DNA from: Christensenellales bacterium
GTDB lineage: Bacteria; Bacillota; Clostridia; Christensenellales; DTU072
NCBI GenBank assembly: GCA_050309775.1
Contig: JBNRMV010000013.1
Coordinates: 13,255-77,254 of the forward strand
Length of the DNA stretch: 64,000 bases
Direction of reading: 5' to 3'
Positions within the stretch are counted from its first letter, which is position 1, and every line of letters starts with the position of its first letter. The translations under genes were made by a program, and so were the position numbers. Below, piece by piece: positions 17,984 to 28,217 of this stretch. The notes under the pieces are model-generated. The model was not told the origin of the DNA. It was given only the letters and a program-made list of their open reading frames with translations, and made no database searches.

Positions 17984-20900
17984 ATGCCCAAAAGAACAGA
18001 CTTACAAAAGATATTGGTAGTCGGCAGCGGTCCTATCGTAATAGGTCAAGCTGCAGAGTTCGATTATTCAGGCACACAAGCATGCAAGGCGCTCCGGGAA
18101 GAAGGCTATTTTGTCATTTTGATAAACAGCAACCCCGCCACCATAATGACGGATATGACAACGGCGGATGTGGTTTATATTGAGCCCATTACTCTCGAAA
18201 CCGTAACAAAGATTATCGAAAAAGAGCGCCCTGACGGACTGCTCCCCACTCTGGGCGGTCAAACAGGGCTGAATATGGCAATAGCTTTGTCCGATGCCGG
18301 AGTTCTCGAAAAATATAATGTAAAACTGTTGGGCACCAGACTTTCTTCTATTCAAAAAGCCGAGGACCGCAAAATGTTTCGTGACCTTATGTTTGAAATC
18401 GGCGAAAAAGTGCCTGCCAGCAGCATTGTTACCTCAATACAAGAAGCAAGGGAATTTGCCGACACAAACGGTTTTCCCATTATTATCCGTCCGGCTTTTA
18501 CGCTTGGCGGAACGGGCGGCGGCATAGCACATAATGAAGACGAATTTAATGAAATCGTAAGAAAAGGGCTAAAAAACAGCATAATAAAACAAGTTATTCT
18601 TGAACAGTCTGTTGCCGGCTGGAAAGAAATTGAATTTGAGGTTATCCGTGACAAAAATGACAACTGTATCATTGTGTGCAGCATGGAGAACTTTGACCCC
18701 GTCGGTATACATACGGGCGACAGCATAGTCGTTGCCCCCTGCCAGACGCTCACAGATAAAGAATACCAAATGATGCGTTCGGCATCCATAAAAATTATCC
18801 GCGCGCTGAACATTGAAGGCGGCTGCAATGTGCAATATGCCCTGAACCCGGAAAGCTATGAATATGTTGTAATAGAAATCAATCCCAGGGTCAGCCGTTC
18901 TTCGGCTCTTGCCTCAAAAGCTACGGGCTACCCTATTGCGCGCGTTGCGGCCAAAATTGCCGTAGGATATACGCTTGACGAAATAAAAAACAATGTCACT
19001 GGCAGCACTTATGCATTTTTTGAGCCGACTATTGATTATATTGTCACAAAAGTGCCGCGCTGGCCTTTTGACAAATTCAACACCGCTGACAGGTTGCTTG
19101 GCACACAAATGAAAGCTACCGGCGAGGTCATGGCTATCGGGCGCTCTTTTGAAGAAAGTTTGCTTAAAGCCATAGACAGTCTGGACATAAAGCTGAATTA
19201 CCAAATCGGTATGGAATCTATGAAATCATATACCGACGAACAGCTGATTGAGTCCATGACATCTCCCGACGATGAGAGAATATTTGTACTCAGCGAAGCC
19301 ATGTGGAGAGGATTTACCATAGACCAAATTCACGACATGACAAAGATTGACAAGTTCTTCTTAGGCAAGATTTATAATATTGTATCTTGCGCCAAACAAC
19401 TGAAGTCAATGAAAGTCGAACAACTTGGGGAGGAACTTTTCCGCAGAGTAAAGTATCTTGGTTTTGGCGACACCTATATTGCAAAACTTATCGGTTGCCC
19501 GAAATCCGCCATTGATGAACTGCGCGCCTCTTTTGGCATAAAACCGGCTTTCAAAATGGTAGATACCTGCGCCGGCGAGTTTGACGCAGTCACCCCCTAT
19601 TATTATTCATGCTATGAAGCCATAGACGAGTTGGAAGTCAGCGACAAAAAGAAAGTCATAGTACTGGGCAGCGGACCTATCCGCATTGGTCAGGGTATAG
19701 AATTTGATTATTGCAGCGTACATTCCGTAAAAGCGCTTAAGCAAGCCGACATAGAAGCCATTATCATAAACAGCAACCCCGAGACGGTATCGACAGATTT
19801 TGACACCAGTGACAAGCTGTATTTTGAGCCGCTGAGTTTTGAGTGCGTAATGGACATCGTAGAGAGAGAAAAGCCCTACGGCATAATAGTGCAGTTCGGC
19901 GGACAAACGGCTTTGAATTTGGCAAAAAGCCTTTTCCGCGCCGGAGCAAATGTGCTTGGCACAAGCGCTGAAGATATTGACCGAGCCGAAAGCCGTGACA
20001 GATTCATTGAAGTATTGAACAAACTTGACATACCTATGCCGGCAGGCGAAACGGTGTTTTCACAAGCCGACGCCATAGAAGTTGCCAACAAACTGGGCTA
20101 TCCGGTACTTGTGCGCCCGAGTTATGTACTTGGCGGCAGAGCCATGGAAATAGTGTATAGCGAAGATCATCTGAAAGAATATATGGATATGGCGATTGCG
20201 TTAGAAACCGAGCATGCCATACTTGTTGACAAATACATTGTCGGCAAAGAAATGGAGATTGACGGCATATCCGACGGTGAAACCGTACTTATCCCCGGCA
20301 TAATGGAACATATCGAAAGAGCCGGCGTGCATAGCGGTGACAGCATTTCCGTGTATCCCACACAGACTCTTTCGCAAGATGTCAAAAACCGTATTGTTGA
20401 CTACACCATAAAACTTGGCAGAGAACTCAACATAAAAGGACTTTTTAACATTCAGTTTGTGCTAGACAGACAACAAAATGTTTATGTAATTGAAGTCAAT
20501 CCAAGAGCCTCCAGAACCGTACCTATCCTAACGAAAGTAACGGGAATACCCATGGTGAAGTTGGCAACAGAGATTATGCTTGGCAAAACGCTTGCCGAAA
20601 TGGGCTATCAGACCGGGCTGGTCAAACCCTCCCCTTACATAACCGTAAAATCACCTGTATTTAGTTTTTCAAAACTGCGTACCGTTGACATTTCGCTTTC
20701 TCCGGAAATGAAGTCAACCGGCGAAGTCATGGGCACCGACACCAATTACAAAGCTGCGCTAAAGAAGTCGCTTATTGCAAGCGGAATTTTTATGCCGCCG
20801 TCAGGCAATGTTTTGTTTTCGCTTGCCGACAGAGATAAGTCCGAAGGTCTGCAAATAGCCAAAGCGTTGTTGCGCAGAAGTTACAAAATTCTTGCCACCG

Positions 20901-21193
20901 ACAAGACCTATGAATACTTTTCCTTAAACAATGTCGCATGCGAACTGGTGCAAAAATCAGAACTGGTAAAAAGACTGCAAGAGAAAAATGACATTGACCT
21001 TATGATAACTACGGCAACTATCGGTAAAGACAAAAAACGCAGAGGCTTTGCCGTACGCAGAACGGCTATGGAATTTAATGTGCCTTGCATCACAAGTCTT
21101 GACACCGCCAATGCCGTTATTTTTGCTTTCAGCGGAATTTCCAAGGAAGAAATCCTGCCGCTGAATGTCTATGGAAACAGGAGCGCAATATAA
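17984..21193 (+). CDS. carB: Carbamoyl-phosphate synthase large subunit
   Basis: 1069 aa with two ATP-grasp halves ([17 protein letters not shown] and [16 protein letters not shown]) and a C-terminal MGS-like domain. Confidence 0.95.
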   Translation: MPKRTDLQKILVVGSGPIVIGQAAEFDYSGTQACKALREEGYFVILINSNPATIMTDMTTADVVYIEPITLETVTKIIEKERPDGLLPTLGGQTGLNMAIALSDAGVLEKYNVKLLGTRLSSIQKAEDRKMFRDLMFEIGEKVPASSIVTSIQEAREFADTNGFPIIIRPAFTLGGTGGGIAHNEDEFNEIVRKGLKNSIIKQVILEQSVAGWKEIEFEVIRDKNDNCIIVCSMENFDPVGIHTGDSIVVAPCQTLTDKEYQMMRSASIKIIRALNIEGGCNVQYALNPESYEYVVIEINPRVSRSSALASKATGYPIARVAAKIAVGYTLDEIKNNVTGSTYAFFEPTIDYIVTKVPRWPFDKFNTADRLLGTQMKATGEVMAIGRSFEESLLKAIDSLDIKLNYQIGMESMKSYTDEQLIESMTSPDDERIFVLSEAMWRGFTIDQIHDMTKIDKFFLGKIYNIVSCAKQLKSMKVEQLGEELFRRVKYLGFGDTYIAKLIGCPKSAIDELRASFGIKPAFKMVDTCAGEFDAVTPYYYSCYEAIDELEVSDKKKVIVLGSGPIRIGQGIEFDYCSVHSVKALKQADIEAIIINSNPETVSTDFDTSDKLYFEPLSFECVMDIVEREKPYGIIVQFGGQTALNLAKSLFRAGANVLGTSAEDIDRAESRDRFIEVLNKLDIPMPAGETVFSQADAIEVANKLGYPVLVRPSYVLGGRAMEIVYSEDHLKEYMDMAIALETEHAILVDKYIVGKEMEIDGISDGETVLIPGIMEHIERAGVHSGDSISVYPTQTLSQDVKNRIVDYTIKLGRELNIKGLFNIQFVLDRQQNVYVIEVNPRASRTVPILTKVTGIPMVKLATEIMLGKTLAEMGYQTGLVKPSPYITVKSPVFSFSKLRTVDISLSPEMKSTGEVMGTDTNYKAALKKSLIASGIFMPPSGNVLFSLADRDKSEGLQIAKALLRRSYKILATDKTYEYFSLNNVACELVQKSELVKRLQEKNDIDLMITTATIGKDKKRRGFAVRRTAMEFNVPCITSLDTANAVIFAFSGISKEEILPLNVYGNRSAI

Positions 21194-22144
21194 ATGATAG
21201 ACTTAATGGACTACAACCCAACGGGAAAAATTCAAAATAAGCATCTGCTGACCCTCAAAGATTATTCAAGGGAAGAGATTTATGAGTTGCTGCATTTGGC
21301 AATAAAACTTAAAAAAGAGTACAAAGACGGCAAAAAGCATGATATCCTGAACGGCAAAACTCTTGCAATGATATTTGCCAAATCCTCAACCCGTACCAGA
21401 GTGTCTTTTTATATGGGCATGCGCCAGTTGGGCGGTGATTCGCTCTTTTTGTCGACAAACGACATACAGCTGGGCAGAAGTGAAACCATTGAGGACACCG
21501 CAAAAGTTATCTCTAGAATGGGGCTTAGCGGCATAATGATAAGAACTTTTTTGCAGTCCGATGTTGAAGCATTGGCGCAACACGGCACAATTCCCGTCAT
21601 AAATGGACTGACCGACGACTACCACCCCTGCCAGGCGCTTGCCGATGTGCTGACGCTCTTTGAACACAAAGGCAAAATAGCCGGTCAAAAAATGGCTTAC
21701 CTTGGCGACGGCAACAATGTCACGCACAGCCTTATGATAATCAGCGCAAAGTTGGGAATGAAATTTGCCGCCGTTTGTCCGAAAGGATATGAGCCCAATG
21801 CCGAAATCACTGAATATTGCCGTTCAATTGGAGGAGACATTACCATCACCGCAAATATTCCCGAGGGCGTAAAAGACGCCGATGTGCTTTACACCGATGT
21901 ATTTTTCTCTATGGGACAACAAAAGAGTCAGGAAAAAGAAAAAGCGCTTATGCCCTACCAGTTAAATATGGAAATTTACAATATGGCAAAGCCGGGTTGC
22001 ATTACCATGCACTGCCTACCTGCCCATCGCGGTGAGGAAGTTACTGAAGATGTGCTTGACGGACCTATGAGCGTCGTTTTTGACGAAGCCGAAAACCGCC
22101 TGCATGCCCAAAAAGCCGTACTGGCGCTGCTTTTGAAAGACTAA
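21194..22144 (+). CDS. argF: Ornithine carbamoyltransferase
   Basis: STRTRVSF, HPCQALAD and HCLPAHRGEE motifs. The ATG abuts the carB stop. Confidence 0.95.
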   Translation: MIDLMDYNPTGKIQNKHLLTLKDYSREEIYELLHLAIKLKKEYKDGKKHDILNGKTLAMIFAKSSTRTRVSFYMGMRQLGGDSLFLSTNDIQLGRSETIEDTAKVISRMGLSGIMIRTFLQSDVEALAQHGTIPVINGLTDDYHPCQALADVLTLFEHKGKIAGQKMAYLGDGNNVTHSLMIISAKLGMKFAAVCPKGYEPNAEITEYCRSIGGDITITANIPEGVKDADVLYTDVFFSMGQQKSQEKEKALMPYQLNMEIYNMAKPGCITMHCLPAHRGEEVTEDVLDGPMSVVFDEAENRLHAQKAVLALLLKD

Positions 22145-22197
22145 AAACATATCGGTAAATAAAATTCCATTTGCTGCAGATTGTATGTTTCTTTCAC

Positions 22198-22226
22198 TTG
22201 ACAGGGCAACAACAACGGATTATAAT
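22198..22226 (+). promoter_or_regulatory. Promoter of the TPP riboswitch-thiT unit
   Basis: TTGACA (22198-22203), 17 nt, TATAAT (22221-22226). Confidence 0.6.
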
Positions 22227-22239
22227 AAAAACAATTAAA

Positions 22240-22375
22240 TCATTGCCAGGGGTGACAGCTTGTCTGTCTGAGATTACACCCTTAGAACTTGATTGAGTTA
22301 GTACTCACGAAAGGAAGGCCCAAAAGGTTTTTTTGGAATCTTTAAGATAATCTCTTAAAGATTTTTTTATTTTTA
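22240..22375 (+). promoter_or_regulatory. TPP (THI-box) riboswitch with terminator expression platform
   Basis: The aptamer carries GGGGUG...CUGAGA...ACCC...AACUUGAU..AGUUAGUACUC.CGAAAGGAAG. These match the conserved TPP-riboswitch blocks GGGGUG/CUGAGA/ACCC/AACCUGAU/GCGUAGGGA. It is followed by hairpin AUCUUUAAG/CUUAAAGAU plus a U-run (22337-22372). Confidence 0.85.
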
Positions 22376-22414
22376 CTAACACTACTCTTGTTCATGGCGG
22401 AAGAAGGAGGTCTT

Positions 22415-23494
22415 ATGTTTTTATCAGCATCTACGCCGTTCTCTGCTCTTTCCACCTTTGAAAAGTGCGGAACAGTGTTTCTCTATCTAACCATTGGTTT
22501 GATAGTCCTTGCAGCCATTATTGGTATACTAATATGGCGTTTTAAGCGCAATAGCCAACGCGACTTTATTAAGTACGCAGGCGGTATCGGAATCGGTTAT
22601 TCCATAGCGCTTATCGGCATCATGCTATTTTTGAAATTTGATGAAATGATAGCCGAGGGAGAATTTATCGGAGAAGTTTTTTGGCCGATATTTGCTTTGC
22701 TTGCCTTTGTTGTTGCTGCTGCATTCGGTGCGCTCGCCGTGTCCATAATTGCAAAAAAACACCTGAAAATATACTGGCTAGCGTCCGTTTCAATAGCCGT
22801 CGCATATTCTGTCACGCTCATTGTCCTAAATCTTGTAAAACTTTACAAACAAGGTGTAGAGGTTTCCAACGAAATCATAATGCTGCTGACTGTCATATTT
22901 CTTGCAGCCATTGTCGGCGCATTGTTATATTTCTTCGGCAAAAAAGCCGACCCAGAACAGCATACAAAATCCATAGTATATGCGGCGATTTGTATTGCCA
23001 TGAGTTTTGCTTTGTCTTATATCCGTTTCTTCCGCTTGCCGCAAGCCGGATCGGTTACTTTTGCCAGCATACTGCCCCTATTGGTTTATTCTTACATGTT
23101 CGGCATAAGAAAAGGTGTGCTTGCCGGCTTAATTTATGGACTTCTGCAAGCCATTCAGGACCCATACATACTTCACCCGATACAGTTTTTGTTGGACTAC
23201 CCAGCTGCTTTTGCCATGATAGGAATTGCCGGAGTTTTCAGATATATTCCGTTAGTCAAAGGTCTGTTGCCGAAATTTATTCTCGGGGCCGTGCTTTCGT
23301 CAGTGTTGCGTTATGCCTGCCATGTTGTCACCGGCATAATCATATTCGGTAGCTATGCCGCCCCGGGTTTCAATGCCGTGCAATGGGGATTCTTCTATAA
23401 TTTGTTTGTATTTGCAGATGTGGCAATAGCCATATTGGCAGGCTGTCTGCTGCTGTCGTCAAAAAGTTTTGTAAAGCAGATAAACATTGAGTAA
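22415..23494 (+). CDS. thiT: ThiT-like thiamine ECF S-component fused to a ~184-aa N-terminal 5-TM extension
   Basis: Start at MFLSAST (AGGAGG SD). The C-terminal ~175 aa (IVYAAICIAMSFALSYIRFFRLPQAGSVTFASILPLL...GLLQAI...) match the ThiT/YuaJ pattern. The N-terminal half has five further hydrophobic helices. The gene lies immediately downstream of a TPP riboswitch. Confidence 0.75.
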   Translation: MFLSASTPFSALSTFEKCGTVFLYLTIGLIVLAAIIGILIWRFKRNSQRDFIKYAGGIGIGYSIALIGIMLFLKFDEMIAEGEFIGEVFWPIFALLAFVVAAAFGALAVSIIAKKHLKIYWLASVSIAVAYSVTLIVLNLVKLYKQGVEVSNEIIMLLTVIFLAAIVGALLYFFGKKADPEQHTKSIVYAAICIAMSFALSYIRFFRLPQAGSVTFASILPLLVYSYMFGIRKGVLAGLIYGLLQAIQDPYILHPIQFLLDYPAAFAMIGIAGVFRYIPLVKGLLPKFILGAVLSSVLRYACHVVTGIIIFGSYAAPGFNAVQWGFFYNLFVFADVAIAILAGCLLLSSKSFVKQINIE

Positions 23495-23521
23495 ATAAAA
23501 AGAGTACAAAAAAAACATAAA

Positions 23522-23556
23522 ATGTCGCTTGATTTGGTTTTCAAGCGACATTTTTA
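23522..23556 (+). terminator. Intrinsic terminator after thiT
   Basis: Hairpin ATGTCGCTTGA/TCAAGCGACAT followed by TTTTT. Confidence 0.75.
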
Positions 23557-23605
23557 TTCATTTTATTTCTGTTGGCGTGTAATGGGGAATAGCAGCATAT
23601 CAACC

Positions 23606-24199
23606 TTATTTGAAATAATGAAAAACCAACACTCCCCCATGCGCAATTTTTAGAGATATATTGTCGCCCCTTGCAACATTTGAGATGCCACGGGTATCGT
23701 TTGTTTTTAACAACAAGTTTTTCAGCGGATAATAAAGCCCGTCGGAGTCCTCTATCAAAGCGTCACCGCCAAAAGGTATAACCGACACAATGTCATTCTT
23801 GTTTACATATAATGAAAAGTTGCGTTCGGAATAATATATATTGACCTTGTGGCTGACAATCTTTGCGCCGGCGCCTTTTGAATGGGCATTTTTGAGTAAG
23901 GCAAGGTTGCCCAGCGTATGGTCCAGCCGTCCGCCCAAAGCGCAATATATCGTGATATGCTTGTACCCTTTCTGTATGGCATACTCGATTGAGATTTCGC
24001 CGTCAGTTTGGTTTTTTTCGGGGTTGTGCCTGATTATTTCAATGCCGTCGGGAATGTTGCCAATAGAGTCCATGTCCCCTATTATGCAATCGGGCAATCT
24101 GTTTTGCAGACGCTTGTAACCGCCGTCTGCGCATATGACAAAATCTTCTTGCAAATCCGGCGCAAGCCCTTCACCGTTCAATACAATAGCTGCTTTCAT
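23606..24199 (-). CDS. thiN: Thiamine pyrophosphokinase
   Basis: Start at MKAAIVLNGE (GGGAGG SD). Motifs ADGGY, GDMDSI, TDGEISIEYA and GGRLDHTLGN. Confidence 0.9.
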   Translation of the reverse strand: MKAAIVLNGEGLAPDLQEDFVICADGGYKRLQNRLPDCIIGDMDSIGNIPDGIEIIRHNPEKNQTDGEISIEYAIQKGYKHITIYCALGGRLDHTLGNLALLKNAHSKGAGAKIVSHKVNIYYSERNFSLYVNKNDIVSVIPFGGDALIEDSDGLYYPLKNLLLKTNDTRGISNVARGDNISLKIAHGGVLVFHYFK

Positions 24200-24285
24200 G
24201 TTTCCTCCCAAAGTATTATAGCATAATTTGTATTAAATTATTGTTTTATATTGGAAGATAAAATGTTTTGTGCTATAATACGCAT

Positions 24286-24864
24286 ATGAAAAAATTCAAC
24301 TTTTTTGCATATCTGAACAGAATGAAATATATTGAGCGCTGGAGCCTTATGCGTTCAAACATGAAAGAAAATATTATGGAGCATTCTGCACAAGTGGCGC
24401 AGCTTGCGCACATTCTGGCAGAAATCAACAACAAAATCTTTAACGGAAAGGCAAATATCAACGAAATAGTTATTGCCGCGCTATACCATGAGGCAAGTGA
24501 AGTCATAACAGGCGATTTGCCTGCCCCCATAAAATACTTCAATGCTGACATCAACAGTGCCTACAAAAACCTTGAGGATATTGCCAACAAAAAGCTGTTG
24601 GGTATGTTGCCTGATGAGTTTTGCGACGGCTTTGAAAAAATACTTATCTCCCCCTCAGCCGAAACAAAACGGTTTGTCAAAGCAGCCGACAAACTGGCGG
24701 CATACATAAAATGCATCGAAGAAATAAAAAGCGGCAATTCCGAATTCATAAAGGCAAAGTCCACCATTTACAAAGAATTGCAAAGCCTCAATATACCTGA
24801 AATTGATTATTTCTTTGAAAACTTTATCGACGGCTTTGAAAAGACGCTGGACGAACTAGAATAA
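24286..24864 (+). CDS. yfbR: HD-domain 5'-deoxynucleotidase, YfbR-like
   Basis: The pattern RWSLMRSNMKENIMEHSAQVAQLAH...YHEASEVITGDLPAPIK is the YfbR family pattern. Confidence 0.8.
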   Translation: MKKFNFFAYLNRMKYIERWSLMRSNMKENIMEHSAQVAQLAHILAEINNKIFNGKANINEIVIAALYHEASEVITGDLPAPIKYFNADINSAYKNLEDIANKKLLGMLPDEFCDGFEKILISPSAETKRFVKAADKLAAYIKCIEEIKSGNSEFIKAKSTIYKELQSLNIPEIDYFFENFIDGFEKTLDELE

Positions 24865-24892
24865 AAAAAGCCCCAAAAACGGGGCTTTTGTT
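24864..24892. terminator. Bidirectional terminator between yfbR-like gene and pgi
   Basis: Hairpin AAGCCCC-AAAAAC-GGGGCTT flanked by an A-run and a T-run. Confidence 0.7.
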
Positions 24893-24905
24893 AAGTTTCA
24901 ATATA

Positions 24906-26309
24906 TTATATAATATATTTTTCTTGCTTTTGCGGGCGGGAGTTCAATTCCTCGGCTTTCTTTTCATAGCCCTTTCTGCCAAGCAAGGCGTAAGTGGCGT
25001 TCTTGCCCTCCTCTACTCCGGGCTGATTGTAGGTGTCTATGTTCAGCATTGCGCCGATATAAGCCGTCTGCATCATAAAGAACATAAACAGCTCGCCTAC
25101 TGTATGTGCGTTTACTTCGGGCAGCATGATGATTGAATTTAACCGCTCTTTTGCCGTCAATGCATATTCGGTTGCCAGCATTTCCGCCGAAATAAGTTCA
25201 TTCATCGTATGTCCGGACAAGAAATTTACATCAGGGAACTCTTGGCAACCGTCGCTAATTGTGAAACTTTTTCGATACTCTTTTACCCCGATAAGCGTGA
25301 CTACTTTGTCAAAAGGCCCTTCGGTATATAGCTGAACTTGGCTGTGCTGGTCGGTTACGCCCAATGCTTTTACGGGAGTTTGTCCGACAAATACCTTGTT
25401 GCCTTGCAAATCCTCAGCCTTGCCCAGGCTTTCTCCCCACAACTGGCAATACCAGTCAGCCATAAGTTTCAGTGAGTCGGCATATGGCATCATAACGCTT
25501 ATATTCTTGCCTTTTTTGATAGCTATATATTGCAGCGCTGCGGCTATCAACGCAGGATTGCGTTGCAAGTTCTTTACTCGGCATTTTCTGTCCATATATG
25601 CCGCGCCTTTCAGCATTTGTTTGATATTTATGCCAAGCACCGCCGCCGGCAGCAATCCCACAGGGCAAAGCTGGCTGAATCTGCCGCCGACGCCTTCGGG
25701 GATATAAAAGGTCTTTAGGTTTTCGGCTTTGGCAATTTTTATAAGATTACCTTTTGTCTCCGATGTGGTGGCAATGATATGTTCCCTTGCTTTGTCGCCA
25801 AATTTCTGTTTCAGGATATCCATAATAATCAAATACTGACTCATGGTTTCGGAAGTTGAGCCGCTCTTAGTGATTACATTAAAGACAGTTTTGTTCAGGT
25901 CGATGACATCAAGCAACGCATGCATTCTCTCAGGGTCTACATTGTCCTCAACATAGAACTTCGGCGCCTTTCTCAGGCGTTTTGGTAATTCATTATGGCG
26001 CAAATGGCATAAAGCCTGAAAAGCCGACATAGGCCCAAGCGCAGACCCGCCAATTCCCAACACAACAAAATTGTCAAACTTGCTGCGCACTTCTCTTGCT
26101 GTGGCTATGATGTCCTCTACTATTTCATCCTGATTGTAGGGAAGCTCTGTCCAGCCCATCATACCCTTACCCCGCCCGTTTTGAACGCTGTCATACGCTG
26201 CGGCAAAAACGGCTTTGTGCGCGGCTATATCTTTTTCGGTTATGCCCTGATTTTCGCCGACATATTGGCTCATCATGTTGTTATAATCAAATGTAATTCC
26301 TTTCTTCAT
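24906..26309 (-). CDS. pgi: Glucose-6-phosphate isomerase
   Basis: Start at MKKGITFDY (AGGAG SD). Firmicute-type ~450-aa PGI with GIGGSALGP and the GGRFS motif. Confidence 0.9.
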   Translation of the reverse strand: MKKGITFDYNNMMSQYVGENQGITEKDIAAHKAVFAAAYDSVQNGRGKGMMGWTELPYNQDEIVEDIIATAREVRSKFDNFVVLGIGGSALGPMSAFQALCHLRHNELPKRLRKAPKFYVEDNVDPERMHALLDVIDLNKTVFNVITKSGSTSETMSQYLIIMDILKQKFGDKAREHIIATTSETKGNLIKIAKAENLKTFYIPEGVGGRFSQLCPVGLLPAAVLGINIKQMLKGAAYMDRKCRVKNLQRNPALIAAALQYIAIKKGKNISVMMPYADSLKLMADWYCQLWGESLGKAEDLQGNKVFVGQTPVKALGVTDQHSQVQLYTEGPFDKVVTLIGVKEYRKSFTISDGCQEFPDVNFLSGHTMNELISAEMLATEYALTAKERLNSIIMLPEVNAHTVGELFMFFMMQTAYIGAMLNIDTYNQPGVEEGKNATYALLGRKGYEKKAEELNSRPQKQEKYII

Positions 26310-26320
26310 TTTTTTCTCCT

Positions 26321-27121
26321 TTATTTTGATGCTTTTTCTAAACAATGTTGTAAATAGTCCCGCCCCTCTTTTATGTCGGCATAGTTTTGATAATTGCCTG
26401 CATACAACTCCATAATCAGCGGTCCGGCATATCCCTTATCTATCAGCGTGCGGAATAGTTTTGTGAAATCGAAACTGCCCTTGCCGGGGGTGTGTAGTTT
26501 GCCGTTTTCGTCAAAATCGCACAAATGCACATTGACAAGCCTATCTCCCATGGCGTCTATGTAATCGTAAATATCATATTTTGACTGCATAGCTTGCTTT
26601 ATGTCCAAGCAGGCGCGCACATTTGTGAACTTTTTTAATTCGTTAAAATAGTCGGGTGAATTGAAAAAAGTCCAATGCACATTCTCATATGCAAGGCGGC
26701 AGCTTCCGCCGCTTGTTTGTATCAGCATTTCGTCAAGTTCGTCCATGCGCTTGCCTATTCGCTGATAATCGATGGTATAAGGCGTCCTTTTCATGCGCGT
26801 CAGTCCATGAAAGGTATAATATTTTGCGCCAAGTATGCCGGCAGCTGTCGCCGCTTCCTTATAAAAGTATTCGCTGTCTTCTCTTGTGCGCGCAACGGGA
26901 TTGAAAAGTTCCGGCTCAAACTGCACATTCAGCGTGTGTATTGAATATACCTCAATGCCCTGCTTGCGTTCTTGCAGAAGCTCTGCAAAACTTTTTTTGT
27001 ACTCTCTGAAGGTTGTTAAAAAGACCTCGCATATGTCTATGCGCAGGTCTTTCATAACCTCAAAGGTGTTTTCTGTCGCCTCTTTTGAAAAGAAAGAGGC
27101 TGTGGATATTCCTATTTTCAT
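26321..27121 (-). CDS. Sugar phosphate isomerase/epimerase (xylose-isomerase-like TIM barrel) family protein
   Basis: 266 aa with the typical family pattern (MKIGISTASF..., HWTF, HLCD, ELY). The substrate is unknown. Confidence 0.6.
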   Translation of the reverse strand: MKIGISTASFFSKEATENTFEVMKDLRIDICEVFLTTFREYKKSFAELLQERKQGIEVYSIHTLNVQFEPELFNPVARTREDSEYFYKEAATAAGILGAKYYTFHGLTRMKRTPYTIDYQRIGKRMDELDEMLIQTSGGSCRLAYENVHWTFFNSPDYFNELKKFTNVRACLDIKQAMQSKYDIYDYIDAMGDRLVNVHLCDFDENGKLHTPGKGSFDFTKLFRTLIDKGYAGPLIMELYAGNYQNYADIKEGRDYLQHCLEKASK

Positions 27122-27128
27122 TTTATTC

Positions 27129-27668
27129 TCAATACTCTGGTGAAATCAAGCCATAATCCCCGTCATTGCGTTTGTAGACGACATTTACTTTTTTGGTTTC
27201 GGCATTTATGAATACATAAAAATTGTGTTCCAAAAGTTCCATTTCGGCAATGGCGTTTTCTACTGTAATGTGCGCAATCTGAAAGCTCTTTACTCTTACG
27301 ACCTTGCCGCCGTTTTCTTGACCTTCATAGCCTTCGTTACTCTCATATATGCTGGGCGCTTCAAAAGCGTCTTTACGCAGTTTGTTGTCAAAACGCTTGC
27401 GGTACTTGACTATCTGGCGTTCTATTTTTGGCAAAATAATGTCAATGTTGTCGAACATGTTGTCGCTTGTCACTTCAGAACGAACTGTCATATTGTCACT
27501 GTTTAGGGTTATTTCCATAGTGTGCTTTTCCGGTCCGGACATAGAAAGTCTTACCTTCGCCGTAGCTTCTTTGTGAAAATATTTGTCAAATTTTGAAATC
27601 TTTTTCTCTAATAGCTCTTTCATGTTTTCTCTTGGCTTGTAGTTCTTGGACACAATCTCGATACGCAT
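27129..27668 (-). CDS. hpf: Ribosome hibernation promoting factor, long form
   Basis: 179 aa with an N-terminal RaiA/YfiA domain and a C-terminal dimerisation domain (VVRVKSFQIAHITVENAIAEMELLEHNFYVFIN). Confidence 0.9.
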   Translation of the reverse strand: MRIEIVSKNYKPRENMKELLEKKISKFDKYFHKEATAKVRLSMSGPEKHTMEITLNSDNMTVRSEVTSDNMFDNIDIILPKIERQIVKYRKRFDNKLRKDAFEAPSIYESNEGYEGQENGGKVVRVKSFQIAHITVENAIAEMELLEHNFYVFINAETKKVNVVYKRNDGDYGLISPEY

Positions 27669-27718
27669 ATTAAAAATCCTCCTGTTCTTTTTATGTATTT
27701 ATGGCTTGTTGCAATTTG

Positions 27719-28204
27719 TTATCTTTTGATATCTTTGAGTACGCTTTTTATTTGGTTTTCAATTCTTTTGTTGGTCATGCGCGCCACCCTGACGCCCTTT
27801 TGTTCCTTGCCTACGCCGTTTTGGCACATGGCGTCAATGATAGGCAACACTCTTTCGGCGGTTATGCCGTAATCCACAAACAATTGTCTTGTTTCGGTAT
27901 AATTCAAACATATTATTGCCCTCAGCAGATGATGCGAACACACAAAACCATATGTTGAATACTTTTGCGCCTCCTTAATGGCAATTTCGGCGTTTTGGCT
28001 TATTGTGCTGCGCAGTTCTGTCGGGATAAAAAAACTTTCCGCGATGCTTCTTGTCAAGCCCAGCCGCCCCAACAGTTCTGCGGCAATACTGCCGCTTGTC
28101 GCCGCCATAGCCAGCACAAGGTTCATACAAGTGATTTCTTCCGAGTCATAATATATTCCCGCCGCTTTATCAAATACCGCCGCAAGCTCTGCGCTAAACT
28201 TCAT
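27719..28204 (-). CDS. Stand-alone Clp N-terminal (Clp R) repeat domain protein
   Basis: 161 aa with two repeats of the Clp_N pattern (FS..L..V...A.....I....LVLA....GSIAAELLGRLG and S......I..A.....V.SHHLLRAI......T..L...GI). There is no AAA+ module. Confidence 0.5.
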   Translation of the reverse strand: MKFSAELAAVFDKAAGIYYDSEEITCMNLVLAMAATSGSIAAELLGRLGLTRSIAESFFIPTELRSTISQNAEIAIKEAQKYSTYGFVCSHHLLRAIICLNYTETRQLFVDYGITAERVLPIIDAMCQNGVGKEQKGVRVARMTNKRIENQIKSVLKDIKR

Positions 28205-28217
28205 AGGCCGATAGCGT

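Noticed and set aside
22681-23352. 223-aa Cys/Arg-rich ORF in an alternative plus-strand frame inside thiT
   Set aside because: It is an out-of-frame overlap of a membrane-protein gene. The translation is implausible (runs of C, R and H) and there is no SD.
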